41,212 nucleotides of DNA from a bacterium (GCA_021779755.1 JAJYAA010000001.1:1-41212); one strand, 5' to 3'. Positions 18,265-26,985 are shown, counted from the stretch's first letter. Notes: generated by a model from the sequence alone, not told the origin. Made by a program: numbers and translations.

Positions 18265-18945
18265 ATGCAATATATTTACTCCGATCATCCGACTGATCAA
18301 GCGGCCAGCGCTCTAGCGGCTAGCATCACCGATAAGTTAAGCCTAGGTAAGCGCGTATTATGGTTGCTATCTGGCGGTTCTGGTATTGATATCGCCATCA
18401 AGACCCAGGCACTCTTGACCCCCGACCTCGACCTGACAAATCTGTATGTTAGCTTAACCGACGAACGCTTTGGCGCATTAAATCACGCCGACGAGAACTG
18501 GACTCAACTAATCAGTGCCGGGTTTGACCTGCCGGGCGCGCAGCTCTATCGTCCCCTGTCCGGACAAGACATTGCAACAACAACCAGCCTGTTCAATAAC
18601 TGGCTCGGTGAACAGTTTAGCGCTGCTGATTATAAGGTTGGCATCTTTGGTATTGGTACCGATAATCACACGGCGGGCATAAAACCCAGTTCGGAACCAG
18701 CGGATATACAGGATTACGCCTACTCTTTTACTGGCGAGGATTTTGAACGTCTTACAATCAGTACTCTAGCGATTAAGCGCCTAAATGAAGCCGTGATTCA
18801 GGCATCTGGCAACGACAAATTAGCCGCAGTTAAGCGGTTGCTTAACGATAACTATCCTGTCGATACTCAGCCAGCGCAAATTCTTAAATCTGTTAAATTA
18901 TCTAGTTTGTATACTGACCAAAAAATAGAGGAGGCACAATCATGA
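18265..18945 (+). CDS. pgl: 6-phosphogluconolactonase (NagB/Pgl family)
   Basis: LWLLSGGSG and SLTDERFG motifs. ATGA-coupled to gnd. Confidence 0.75.
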   Translation: MQYIYSDHPTDQAASALAASITDKLSLGKRVLWLLSGGSGIDIAIKTQALLTPDLDLTNLYVSLTDERFGALNHADENWTQLISAGFDLPGAQLYRPLSGQDIATTTSLFNNWLGEQFSAADYKVGIFGIGTDNHTAGIKPSSEPADIQDYAYSFTGEDFERLTISTLAIKRLNEAVIQASGNDKLAAVKRLLNDNYPVDTQPAQILKSVKLSSLYTDQKIEEAQS

Positions 18946-19850
18946 AAATAGCAATCACTGGACTAGGTCGCATGGGCGGACAAATCGCCCAGAAGCTCGC
19001 CGAAAACGGCCACGAAGTCATCGCCCATAACCGCAGTCACGAACCAATTGACGAAGCCGCCGCACATGGCGCAATTGCCGCCTACGATCAACAAGATGTA
19101 ATTAACAACTTTACCGACACACCAGTTGTCCTTTGGATTATGCTGCCAGCCGAGATTATCGACGCTCAATTAGACAGCTGGCTGGCAGTTCTGCCTGCTG
19201 GAAGTATCGTTATTGATGGTGGTAATAGCGACTTTAGGGGCGACATGGCGCGTGCCGATCGCGCAAAAGCAAAAGGCATCGCTATGCTAGACATTGGCAC
19301 TAGCGGTGGTGTTTGGGGAATGGCCAATGGCTTTTCAATGATGGTCGGTGGCGATGAGACGGCCTACCAAACGGTTAAACCTGCCCTCGATACATTATCT
19401 CAGCCCAGTGGCGGTCATCGTTACTTTGGTCCAAGCGGCAGCGGCCACTACGTCAAAATGGTCCACAACGCTATCGAATATGGCATGATGGAATCGCTTG
19501 CCGAGGGTTATCGTATGCTCAAAGAGGGTCCGTACAAGGATTTGGATCTAGCCGTTGCTGGCGACGTCTGGCAAGAAAGTAGCGTCGTTACTTCTTGGCT
19601 CAATGACCTAACGCGTCAAGCCTTGCACGAGAACCCAGAACTAAATGAGATTAGCGGTATTGTAGCTGAGTCTGGCGAAACCAGATGGACACTTGAAACC
19701 GCCAACCAACTTGGCATTAAACTACCAGCCATCCAGTCCGCATTCGACGTGCGACTAGCTTCTCAAGCCGGCGAGATCAACTTTGCCACAAAGTTGCTTG
19801 CGGCCATGCGTAACAAATTTGGCGGCCACAACATCAACGGTCAGCAATAA
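18942..19850 (+). CDS. gnd: 6-phosphogluconate dehydrogenase, decarboxylating (short, ~300-aa type)
   Basis: Rossmann N-terminus MKIAITGLGRMGGQIAQKL, GGNS and GSGHYVKMVHNAIEYG motifs. SD AGGAGG. Confidence 0.85.
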   Translation: MKIAITGLGRMGGQIAQKLAENGHEVIAHNRSHEPIDEAAAHGAIAAYDQQDVINNFTDTPVVLWIMLPAEIIDAQLDSWLAVLPAGSIVIDGGNSDFRGDMARADRAKAKGIAMLDIGTSGGVWGMANGFSMMVGGDETAYQTVKPALDTLSQPSGGHRYFGPSGSGHYVKMVHNAIEYGMMESLAEGYRMLKEGPYKDLDLAVAGDVWQESSVVTSWLNDLTRQALHENPELNEISGIVAESGETRWTLETANQLGIKLPAIQSAFDVRLASQAGEINFATKLLAAMRNKFGGHNINGQQ

Positions 19851-19856
19851 TCCCGA

Positions 19857-21461
19857 CTAGGTGTTATCTTTGATTGCCTGAATAAATCCAACGAAGAGTG
19901 GATGAGCTGCAAATGGACGCGATTTGAATTCAGGGTGAGCCTGTGTAGCAACAAAAAACCTGGCTACCGGTGATTCAACAAATTCCACTAACGCTCCATC
20001 TGGCGAAGTCCCGCTGACGACCAAACCACCTTTTTCAATTTGTTTGATAAATTTTTTATTCACTTCATAACGGTGTCTATGACGTTCAACAACACTAGTC
20101 TTACCGTATAGTTTCGAAACAACAGATTTGCTAGTCAATTTAGCCGGGTAGTCACCCAGACGCAGCGTGCCACCAGTCGACTCTTTGCCAGCCTGCCCGT
20201 CCATTAAATAAATTACGTCCTCAACCGCATCAGGCTGAAACTCTGTGCTGTTGGCCGACCGCAGACCAGCTCGCCTGGCAGCCGCAATCACAGCCACCTG
20301 GAGGCCCAGACACAAACCTAAATAAGGCTTGTTGTTCGATAACGCATAATCAGCGGCCGCAACCTTGCCTTCAATACCGCGCGGCCCGAAACCACCAGGG
20401 ACTAACAGTCCATCGACTTTATCGAAGTCTTTGGCTTGCGCCGATTCGGCATTAATCCACTTAATTTTTAGACCCACACCAACCTGCCAAGCAGCAGCTT
20501 TTAGGGCCTCTAGGACCGATATGTAGGTGTCTTCGTTGTCCATATATTTGGCTACCAGTCCGACCGTAATATTTTTGTCATAAGTGGCCGATTGGCTAGC
20601 GATAATATCCGACCATTTCGATAAATCTGCCTTTACCTTATTGCCAGTAAAGCGTGTTAGCACGTCGTAAATACCACTCTTTGCAATCGTCAAAGGCACG
20701 CGATAAACCGTGTCGACATTCGGCAACAAGACGACTGCGTCCCTTGAAACGCCACTAAATTGACTGATCTTATCACCAATAAAGTCCGGCGCCGGATCGT
20801 CGGTGCGGACACCCACGCAATCAGGTACAATTCCAAATCCACGCAAATCGTTTAAAGCATTTTGAGCAGGTTTAGTTTTGAACTCTTTACTAGTTCCGAT
20901 AAATGGCACATACACGACGTGTACATACAAGCAATTTTCACGGCCAACTCGTCCAGCAAACTCGCGAATTGCTTCAATAAAACTCAACCCTTCATAATCT
21001 CCAACCGTACCGCCAACTTCAACTAAGTGCACATCGCTATCACCTGCCGCTGCTTGAATTGCGTCCTGAATTGCGCCAGTTAAATGCGGTACCAGCTGCA
21101 CTGTCTTACCGCCGAACTTACCGGCACGTTCGTCTGCAATCAGATTAGACAGCAGACGCCCAGCTAGTGTCGCACTCTTCTGAGTCATCTCGACATCTAG
21201 AAATCGTTCATAATGTCCTAAATCTAAGTCTGTTTCGGCGCCGTCTTTTGTTACGAAACACTCACCATGTTCCTTTGGATTCAAAAGACCCGCATCTACA
21301 TTCAGATACGGATCACATTTTTGAATTGACACAGACATACCCTTTGCCTGCAAGATAGCACCCATACTGGCAGCGGTAATACCCTTACCTACTCCAGACA
21401 ATACACCCCCGGTTACAAATATAAATTTCTGTTTTTTACCCATGTTAGTTTTGTCTCCCAT
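19857..21461 (-). CDS. pyrG: CTP synthase
   Basis: KFIFVTGGVLSGVGKG, the glutamine amidotransferase domain GLCLGLQ, and HRHRYEVN. An alternative start at ATG-21443 (SD GGGAGA) cannot be excluded. Confidence 0.95.
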   Translation of the reverse strand: MGDKTNMGKKQKFIFVTGGVLSGVGKGITAASMGAILQAKGMSVSIQKCDPYLNVDAGLLNPKEHGECFVTKDGAETDLDLGHYERFLDVEMTQKSATLAGRLLSNLIADERAGKFGGKTVQLVPHLTGAIQDAIQAAAGDSDVHLVEVGGTVGDYEGLSFIEAIREFAGRVGRENCLYVHVVYVPFIGTSKEFKTKPAQNALNDLRGFGIVPDCVGVRTDDPAPDFIGDKISQFSGVSRDAVVLLPNVDTVYRVPLTIAKSGIYDVLTRFTGNKVKADLSKWSDIIASQSATYDKNITVGLVAKYMDNEDTYISVLEALKAAAWQVGVGLKIKWINAESAQAKDFDKVDGLLVPGGFGPRGIEGKVAAADYALSNNKPYLGLCLGLQVAVIAAARRAGLRSANSTEFQPDAVEDVIYLMDGQAGKESTGGTLRLGDYPAKLTSKSVVSKLYGKTSVVERHRHRYEVNKKFIKQIEKGGLVVSGTSPDGALVEFVESPVARFFVATQAHPEFKSRPFAAHPLFVGFIQAIKDNT

Positions 21462-21469
21462 GGGATTTC

Positions 21470-21478
21470 ATTATAGCA
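21470..21478 (-). promoter_or_regulatory. extended -10 TGCTATAAT, 8 nt upstream of ATG-21461
   Basis: Minus strand reads TGC TATAAT gaaatccc ATG. Confidence 0.45.
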
Positions 21479-21560
21479 TTCAATTTGCCGGGACGCTACA
21501 TGTAGGATGTTGTGCTATTTGCATTACACCATATAGGCGATATTGAATCATAATACAGTG

Positions 21561-22859
21561 TTAAATTATATTATCGCCAATAATATCTTCTGGCTGGGCG
21601 CCGAGTTCATAGATACGCATGTCATCGTCACTGATCTGCCACTCTTCCTGAACCGGACGCAGTATCTCCCACGAACGCAAGACTTCTTTGCTACCCGTGA
21701 ACAGACTCTTGCGCGACTTGATCGCATCAACAATAACTTGCTCGTAAGCGTCTGGGAGGTCGGCATCTTCGGGATAACTGAATTTCAGCTGCTGGCGCTC
21801 AAACTCACGATCATAGCCAGGCTTCTTGACAAAGAACTCCATTTCAACACCTTCATCTGGCTGTATTTTAAATTTAATACAGTTACTTTGAGCTTCATGC
21901 GTCTTGCGTAAATGCACTTTAATCTCGGTGGTTTTCTGACCCAGGCCCTTGCCTGTTGTTAAAATCAGCGGCACTCCTTCCCATTCTGGAGCGTGCGAAC
22001 GTAGCTGCAGCGACACAAACGTCTCGATCGCACTGCCCGGATTGCCGACTTCTTCACGATAAGTATTATATTGTCCACGAATAGCCATTTCGGGGTTAGC
22101 AATGTCAAGCTGCTCCAGTGCGGCCAAGCGCATGTCTGGCAATTTAGACCACTCAAAGTCCTCGGGTATGTGCATCAAGGTTAACGACAGCAGCTGCATC
22201 AAGTGCCCTTGAACCAAGTCTCTCAGGGCACCTGTTTGCTCGTAGAAATGCGCACGGCCTTCGATGCCAATTTTTTCCAGCGCCAGAACTTCAATCTTTT
22301 CAATCACACCTCCGTTCCAGATATGCGAAAAGAAGGCGTTACCGCCGCGAAAAGCTACAATATTCTGCGCCATCTCTTTTGCTAGGTAGTGATCGATACG
22401 ATAGATTTGGTCATCAGAGAAGTGGTGAGCTGTTCGATCAATTAGATCAACCGCCGACGCATAATCCATGCCAAACGGTTTTTCGTACATAATCTTGACA
22501 TTCGACGAATTCAAACCAGCCTGACCCATGAAATCGACTATCTGCGTCGCCGACAGTGGCGGCACAGACAGATACGCGATTACCTGCTCATCAGCTTCAA
22601 GCGCCAGTTTGTCTTTGAGCCTCGTATATTCTCCGACCTCAGACAAATCCATCGTGAACATACTAAACTTATCAACAATGTCATCGACATTACCGAGCGA
22701 CGACTCTAATAACTGCCTAATGTCAGCCTCATGACGAGACACGCCAATAACCTCTAGGTTATTGAAGTCACCTGTCCGAATGATACGACTAATAGCTGGT
22801 AATAGTTTGCGATGACCAAGGTCACCCGTGATGCCGAATATAACTAATTTTGTTTTCAT
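21561..22859 (-). CDS. zwf: glucose-6-phosphate dehydrogenase
   Basis: LVIFGITGDLGHRKLLPA and the active-site motif RIDHYLAKE. 432 aa, shorter than typical Zwf. Confidence 0.9.
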   Translation of the reverse strand: MKTKLVIFGITGDLGHRKLLPAISRIIRTGDFNNLEVIGVSRHEADIRQLLESSLGNVDDIVDKFSMFTMDLSEVGEYTRLKDKLALEADEQVIAYLSVPPLSATQIVDFMGQAGLNSSNVKIMYEKPFGMDYASAVDLIDRTAHHFSDDQIYRIDHYLAKEMAQNIVAFRGGNAFFSHIWNGGVIEKIEVLALEKIGIEGRAHFYEQTGALRDLVQGHLMQLLSLTLMHIPEDFEWSKLPDMRLAALEQLDIANPEMAIRGQYNTYREEVGNPGSAIETFVSLQLRSHAPEWEGVPLILTTGKGLGQKTTEIKVHLRKTHEAQSNCIKFKIQPDEGVEMEFFVKKPGYDREFERQQLKFSYPEDADLPDAYEQVIVDAIKSRKSLFTGSKEVLRSWEILRPVQEEWQISDDDMRIYELGAQPEDIIGDNII

Positions 22860-22920
22860 ACTCTACTTAGTATACTATTTAAAGCTTTCGGCGGGCGCAC
22901 GGAATTGTGCCAGTCGCAAG

Positions 22921-23919
22921 TTAACTATCTTTCTTAGAATCCCCGCCGGAATTGACTTCGTAACTAGTGTTAGTACTTTCAAAGAAGTTCACTAGCTGCA
23001 ACGTGTCATTAGCTGCTGCCATCCATTTGGCTGGATTAGATACTTTGTAGTGGGCATCGAAACCAAGCTCTTCCAGGCGGCGGTCGGCCAAGTATTTAAC
23101 ATACTGGTTAATATAATCGCTGTTTAGACCCAAAATACCATTTGGCAGTAGGTCGCGGTTATATTCTTCTTCCATGTCGACACCATCAAGTATCATTTGT
23201 TTAATTTCGGCGGCAAACTCTTCGGTCTGCAAATCTTCGTTCTCTTCTAGGACTGTCAAGATCAGGTTAATACCGAATTTGAGGTGCAAGCTTTCATCGC
23301 GTACGACCCAGTCGATCAAACTACCAAAGTTACGCAGCAAATTACGCTGACGGAATGACAAAGCAACCATAAAACCGCTATAAAACCAGATGCCTTCTAG
23401 AATTACATTGTAAGCAATCAGGTTGCGTACAAAGTCTTTCTTGCCCTCAGTAGTCGTAATATCAAGCGTCTCTTCGGTCATGCGCTTAATGTACTTGGTT
23501 TCAAACTCTTCCTTGCGTGCCATTGATGGCGTATCGACATGGGCAGCATATGCCTGATCGCGGTCAATCGGAAAAGTTTCAAGCACGTACTCAAAGCTCA
23601 TACAGTGATTAGCTTCTTCCCACATTTGCTTTGCAAGATACAGGTGACATTCAGCCGCATTGACGTATGGATAAACACCAAAAGCCAGCGCCTTGTTAAC
23701 TAACAGCTCATTCGGGTTAAAATAGCTCATCAAGAAAGTAATGGCATGACGCTCTTCTTCGCTCATCTTCTTCCAGTCAGACAAATCCTGACCTAGCTGA
23801 ATTTCATTCGGAAACCACGTATTGGCTACAGCCTGATCGTACAGATCCATCGCCCACTGGTATTTAACTGGTTTTAATAATAGTCCGTCCTGTATACCCG
23901 TGCCTAAGATTCCTGGCAT
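22921..23919 (-). CDS. nrdB: ribonucleotide reductase small subunit, class Ic-like (Phe at radical site)
   Basis: Metal-ligand motifs NPNELLV, EEANHCMSF, ILEGIWFYSGF and RDESLHLKF. Close by-eye resemblance to the Chlamydia trachomatis R2c sequence as I remember it. SD GGAGG. Confidence 0.9.
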   Translation of the reverse strand: MPGILGTGIQDGLLLKPVKYQWAMDLYDQAVANTWFPNEIQLGQDLSDWKKMSEEERHAITFLMSYFNPNELLVNKALAFGVYPYVNAAECHLYLAKQMWEEANHCMSFEYVLETFPIDRDQAYAAHVDTPSMARKEEFETKYIKRMTEETLDITTTEGKKDFVRNLIAYNVILEGIWFYSGFMVALSFRQRNLLRNFGSLIDWVVRDESLHLKFGINLILTVLEENEDLQTEEFAAEIKQMILDGVDMEEEYNRDLLPNGILGLNSDYINQYVKYLADRRLEELGFDAHYKVSNPAKWMAAANDTLQLVNFFESTNTSYEVNSGGDSKKDS

Positions 23920-23920
23920 A

Positions 23921-24208
23921 TTAATTTACCTCCGCTAAAATTTCACTATTAGTCATCATGACGTCCAACTCTGCGGCTACGTCGACATCATCGAATTCCG
24001 CTAAGCGGGCCGCCAATATTCCCATATCGCGCACAGCAACCTTCCGCCATTCGCGCAACTCGGCTATGTTCTCCGCTGTTCGTGTGGTGCTTGGCTCCAT
24101 CAAATTGGTGCCTAATTCGTCATACCACGCGAGCAAACCGTCTAGCCGCTCACTAGTCTCTTCCCGATTATTAAAAAACTGTTCCGTCCGTGCATCGCTC
24201 TGTTCCAT
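23921..24208 (-). CDS. hypothetical acidic helical protein embedded in the nrd operon (95 aa from ATG-24208)
   Basis: ORF-track entry 23921..24232 begins with GTG; ATG-24208 lies 7 nt after the stop of the upstream small ORF. Its stop (23921-23923) is 1 nt from the nrdB ATG (23919), and its last codons contain the nrdB SD. Confidence 0.55.
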   Translation of the reverse strand: MEQSDARTEQFFNNREETSERLDGLLAWYDELGTNLMEPSTTRTAENIAELREWRKVAVRDMGILAARLAEFDDVDVAAELDVMMTNSEILAEVN

Positions 24209-24215
24209 AAAAACC

Positions 24216-24389
24216 TTATTGGCAGCCGTCACACATTGTTAAGTCAGCTGGGTCCAGTGGCGCAGCTATGGCGCCACGAGAGGCGGCATCCTCGTCAGCT
24301 TGCGCCTGAGCGTTGGCCATTGCCTGATCAATAGCCGCTAACTTTTCTTCTAATGTCATTTCGTCATTGATGATTGATGATGCGTTCAT
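24216..24389 (-). CDS. 57-aa hypothetical protein with C-terminal CxxC (MNASSIINDEMTLEEKLAAIDQAMANAQAQADEDAASRGAIAAPLDPADLTMCDGCQ)
   Basis: Hand-translated; it falls below the ORF-track length cut-off. ATG-24389 is preceded by GGGGGA with a 5-nt spacer, and the stop TAA is at 24216-24218. It sits between the nrdA stop and the next ORF. Confidence 0.5.
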   Translation of the reverse strand: MNASSIINDEMTLEEKLAAIDQAMANAQAQADEDAASRGAIAAPLDPADLTMCDGCQ

Positions 24390-24452
24390 GAATTTCCCCC
24401 TATGTTTTACTTTTGCTCAATGTTTGAAAAAATTAACAACAACTTACCATAA

Positions 24453-26846
24453 CTATACTCCCGCTTTCGCGAACCCAAAACCGGCTTTACGTGGACCAGA
24501 TGTCGTTTCGGCCTTGTTAACCTTTACTGTACTTTGTTCAGCAGAGTGGCGCGGCTTTACATGCAAATAATAGGTTGTTTTGAGCCCGCGCTGCCATGCT
24601 GCCGTATAGATTTTGACCATCTCGTCGATGTCGCGGGTCTCGAGGTACATATTGCGGCTGATTGCTTGGTCAACCCACTTCTGCGCCCTAGCGGCCACTT
24701 CGATAAAGGCATACGGACTCAGCTGGAAGCTGGTCTTGTATACATCTTTTATTCGCTGTGGAATAACATCGATTTGTTGTACATCGCCCTGCAAACGCAA
24801 TAGGTCGTCTTTGACTTCGTCCCACAAATTAAGTTTCTTAAGGTCATTAACGAGGTTAGTATTCACTTCTAGGAATTTACCGTTCAGGGTTGCGCGACTA
24901 AAGATTTGTGCAAACTGTGGATCAATTCCCGGTGTTGTACCGGCGATGTGAGCAATGTTCGCCGTTGGTGCAATTGCCATCAGGGTAGCATTGCGCATAC
25001 CCTTCTTGACCTTGGCGCGCAATTTCTCCCAATCCAGGCGAGTTTTACGTGTCACCTCCACCTTAACCCTGCGATCATCTGCCAATTGGTCGATTGTATC
25101 AATCGGCAGAATGCCCTTACTCCAACCACTACCCTTAAACGTTGGGTAAGAGCCAAGCTTTTTGGCGAGAACCGTCGACTCATCAATTGCGTGATAGCTA
25201 ATAAATTCCGTCAATTGATCCATCAGGTCATAAGCCTCTTCTGATTCATAGCTATAGCCAAGCTTCTCAATTACATCTGAAAAACCCATGATACCCAGGC
25301 CAAGGGCCCGGTTTTGCTTGTTACTATTCATCGCTTCCGGCACCGGCGTATTAGTGATATCAACCAAGTTATCTAGCTGACGAATAGCACTGCGCGAACT
25401 ATTGTCTAGGCGGTCCCAGTCCCACGTCTTGTCGGCGTTTAGAAAAGCCGATAGGTTGATACTGACCAGATTGCAAACAGCCGTATTATCTTTGTCTTGC
25501 GGCAAAGTAATCTCAGTACACAGATTAGACAGGTGAATCGTGCTGGTATTATTGTTCAGAGCACGAACATTAATTGTATCTTTCCAGGTTAACCAAGGGT
25601 GGCTCGTCGCTTGCAAGGTAATCAAAATCTGACGAAACTGCTCGCGCGCCTTTGTCTTGATAAACTCACGCATCTCACCTTTTTCGGCTTTCTTAATATA
25701 TTCAGCATAACGAGCGCTAAACTCAGCACCATATAATTCTGGTAGGTCTTGAACTTCGGCTGGGTCGAATAGGTACCAGTCCTGATCCTTTTGGACACGC
25801 TTCATAAACTCGTCGCTTATAAATACGGCCGTGTTTGCTAGTCGTGTACGCAAGTACGGATCACCAGAGTTTTGTTTCAAGTCTAAAAATTGAGGGAAAT
25901 TCAAATGCCAGTTTTCCATATATAATGCTGCTGCGCCAGCCTTTTTGCCTTTGCGACTAACTGCAAATAATGCCGTATCAATCATTTTCATAAAAGGAAT
26001 TGGGCCAGTTGACTCGGTATTAGTGGTTTTAACTGGACTACCGGCGGCGCGTAGTTTGTTTAGACTAATACCAATGCCGCCCGTACCCTTGGCTATCCAC
26101 ATAACATCACGGACGCCCTTAGCGATTGACTCCATGTCGTCCTGAACTTCAATCAAAAAGCAGTTAGATAGTTGCGGGAATGACCCACCGGCGTTAACCC
26201 GAGTCGATCCACCAGGAACATAATCCAGCTTGCTCATGTGCTCATAAAAGTCCAAGGCGCTAGCAGTCGGATCTTCAGCATTAAAACTAAGGCCCATCGC
26301 AATACGCATGTGAGTAAATTGCGGCACTTCAACCGGTTCGCCGCTCTGTCGGCGCAGCGCATAGCGATTCTTGTTAGTGACTACACCCAAGTATTTACTC
26401 AGGTTATCACGCGACGGATCCAACGCTTTAGCTAGCCTCTTAATATCGAAGACTTTTGAGTTCATGCGTCCATCCAACAGACCATCGGCGATACCCTTCT
26501 TCAAAAAGTCAGCGAACTTCTGCTCATGCAGTTTCTTCAGCTCGGCCTCGTCTTTGTAATCACCTAAAATATTTTTATAAATATTCTTCAAAAGCAGCCT
26601 AGCCGCAATGACATCAAAGTCTGGGTCATCTTTTACGTTCTGCAGAGCGGTTTGGATCACGGCTTCATCCAGCTGCTCACTAGTAATACCATCAAATAAT
26701 GTCAGCTGTAATTCGGTTGCCACCTGAACAACTTTACTAATTTGGTCAGCTAAACCTTCACTAGCCTTGACGAGCGCCAAGTTAATTTTGTTGGCGTCAA
26801 ACAGTTCACGGGTGCCGTCGCGCTTTACTACATGTATCTCACTCAT
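24453..26846 (-). CDS. nrdA: ribonucleotide reductase large subunit (class I, with N-terminal ATP-cone)
   Basis: ATP-cone VVKRDGTRELFD, active-site motifs LSNCFL and SNLCTEI, and the radical-transfer pair KTTYYL. 797 aa. Confidence 0.95.
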   Translation of the reverse strand: MSEIHVVKRDGTRELFDANKINLALVKASEGLADQISKVVQVATELQLTLFDGITSEQLDEAVIQTALQNVKDDPDFDVIAARLLLKNIYKNILGDYKDEAELKKLHEQKFADFLKKGIADGLLDGRMNSKVFDIKRLAKALDPSRDNLSKYLGVVTNKNRYALRRQSGEPVEVPQFTHMRIAMGLSFNAEDPTASALDFYEHMSKLDYVPGGSTRVNAGGSFPQLSNCFLIEVQDDMESIAKGVRDVMWIAKGTGGIGISLNKLRAAGSPVKTTNTESTGPIPFMKMIDTALFAVSRKGKKAGAAALYMENWHLNFPQFLDLKQNSGDPYLRTRLANTAVFISDEFMKRVQKDQDWYLFDPAEVQDLPELYGAEFSARYAEYIKKAEKGEMREFIKTKAREQFRQILITLQATSHPWLTWKDTINVRALNNNTSTIHLSNLCTEITLPQDKDNTAVCNLVSINLSAFLNADKTWDWDRLDNSSRSAIRQLDNLVDITNTPVPEAMNSNKQNRALGLGIMGFSDVIEKLGYSYESEEAYDLMDQLTEFISYHAIDESTVLAKKLGSYPTFKGSGWSKGILPIDTIDQLADDRRVKVEVTRKTRLDWEKLRAKVKKGMRNATLMAIAPTANIAHIAGTTPGIDPQFAQIFSRATLNGKFLEVNTNLVNDLKKLNLWDEVKDDLLRLQGDVQQIDVIPQRIKDVYKTSFQLSPYAFIEVAARAQKWVDQAISRNMYLETRDIDEMVKIYTAAWQRGLKTTYYLHVKPRHSAEQSTVKVNKAETTSGPRKAGFGFAKAGV

Positions 26847-26960
26847 CGTTTATTCCCCTAGGCTAGCTATCGTTAATTGATCGACATTTTACTAGTGCAA
26901 GAAAAGCACCGTCATAGCGGCGAGCTATTCCCCTTGCAAAATGTCTGTTTTAATTGAACT

Positions 26961-26976
26961 ACTGTATATGTAGTGT
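26961..26976. promoter_or_regulatory. NrdR-box-like palindrome just downstream of the predicted nrdA TSS
   Basis: actgtatatgtagtgt matches 13 of 16 positions of the remembered NrdR-box consensus acaCwAtATaTwGtgt. It lies inside the inverted repeat ACTAC-N7-GTAGT (26958..26974). Confidence 0.35.
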
Positions 26977-26985
26977 CTAATCAAA

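Noticed and set aside
22860-22920. Possible terminator between nrdB and zwf (gcac-ggaatt-gtgc).
   Set aside because: It is only a 4-bp stem with no U-tract, which is too weak to call. nrdB and zwf may be separated only by the zwf -10 (TATACT, 9 nt from the ATG).
24390-24455. Possibility that the 57-codon CxxC ORF is simply the NrdA C-terminus reached by read-through or frameshift. The two ORFs are in the same frame.
   Set aside because: The connecting 66 nt contain three in-frame stops (TAG, TAA, TGA), and the small ORF has its own strong SD. A single sequencing error or stop-codon read-through cannot join them. An assembly check is still worthwhile.
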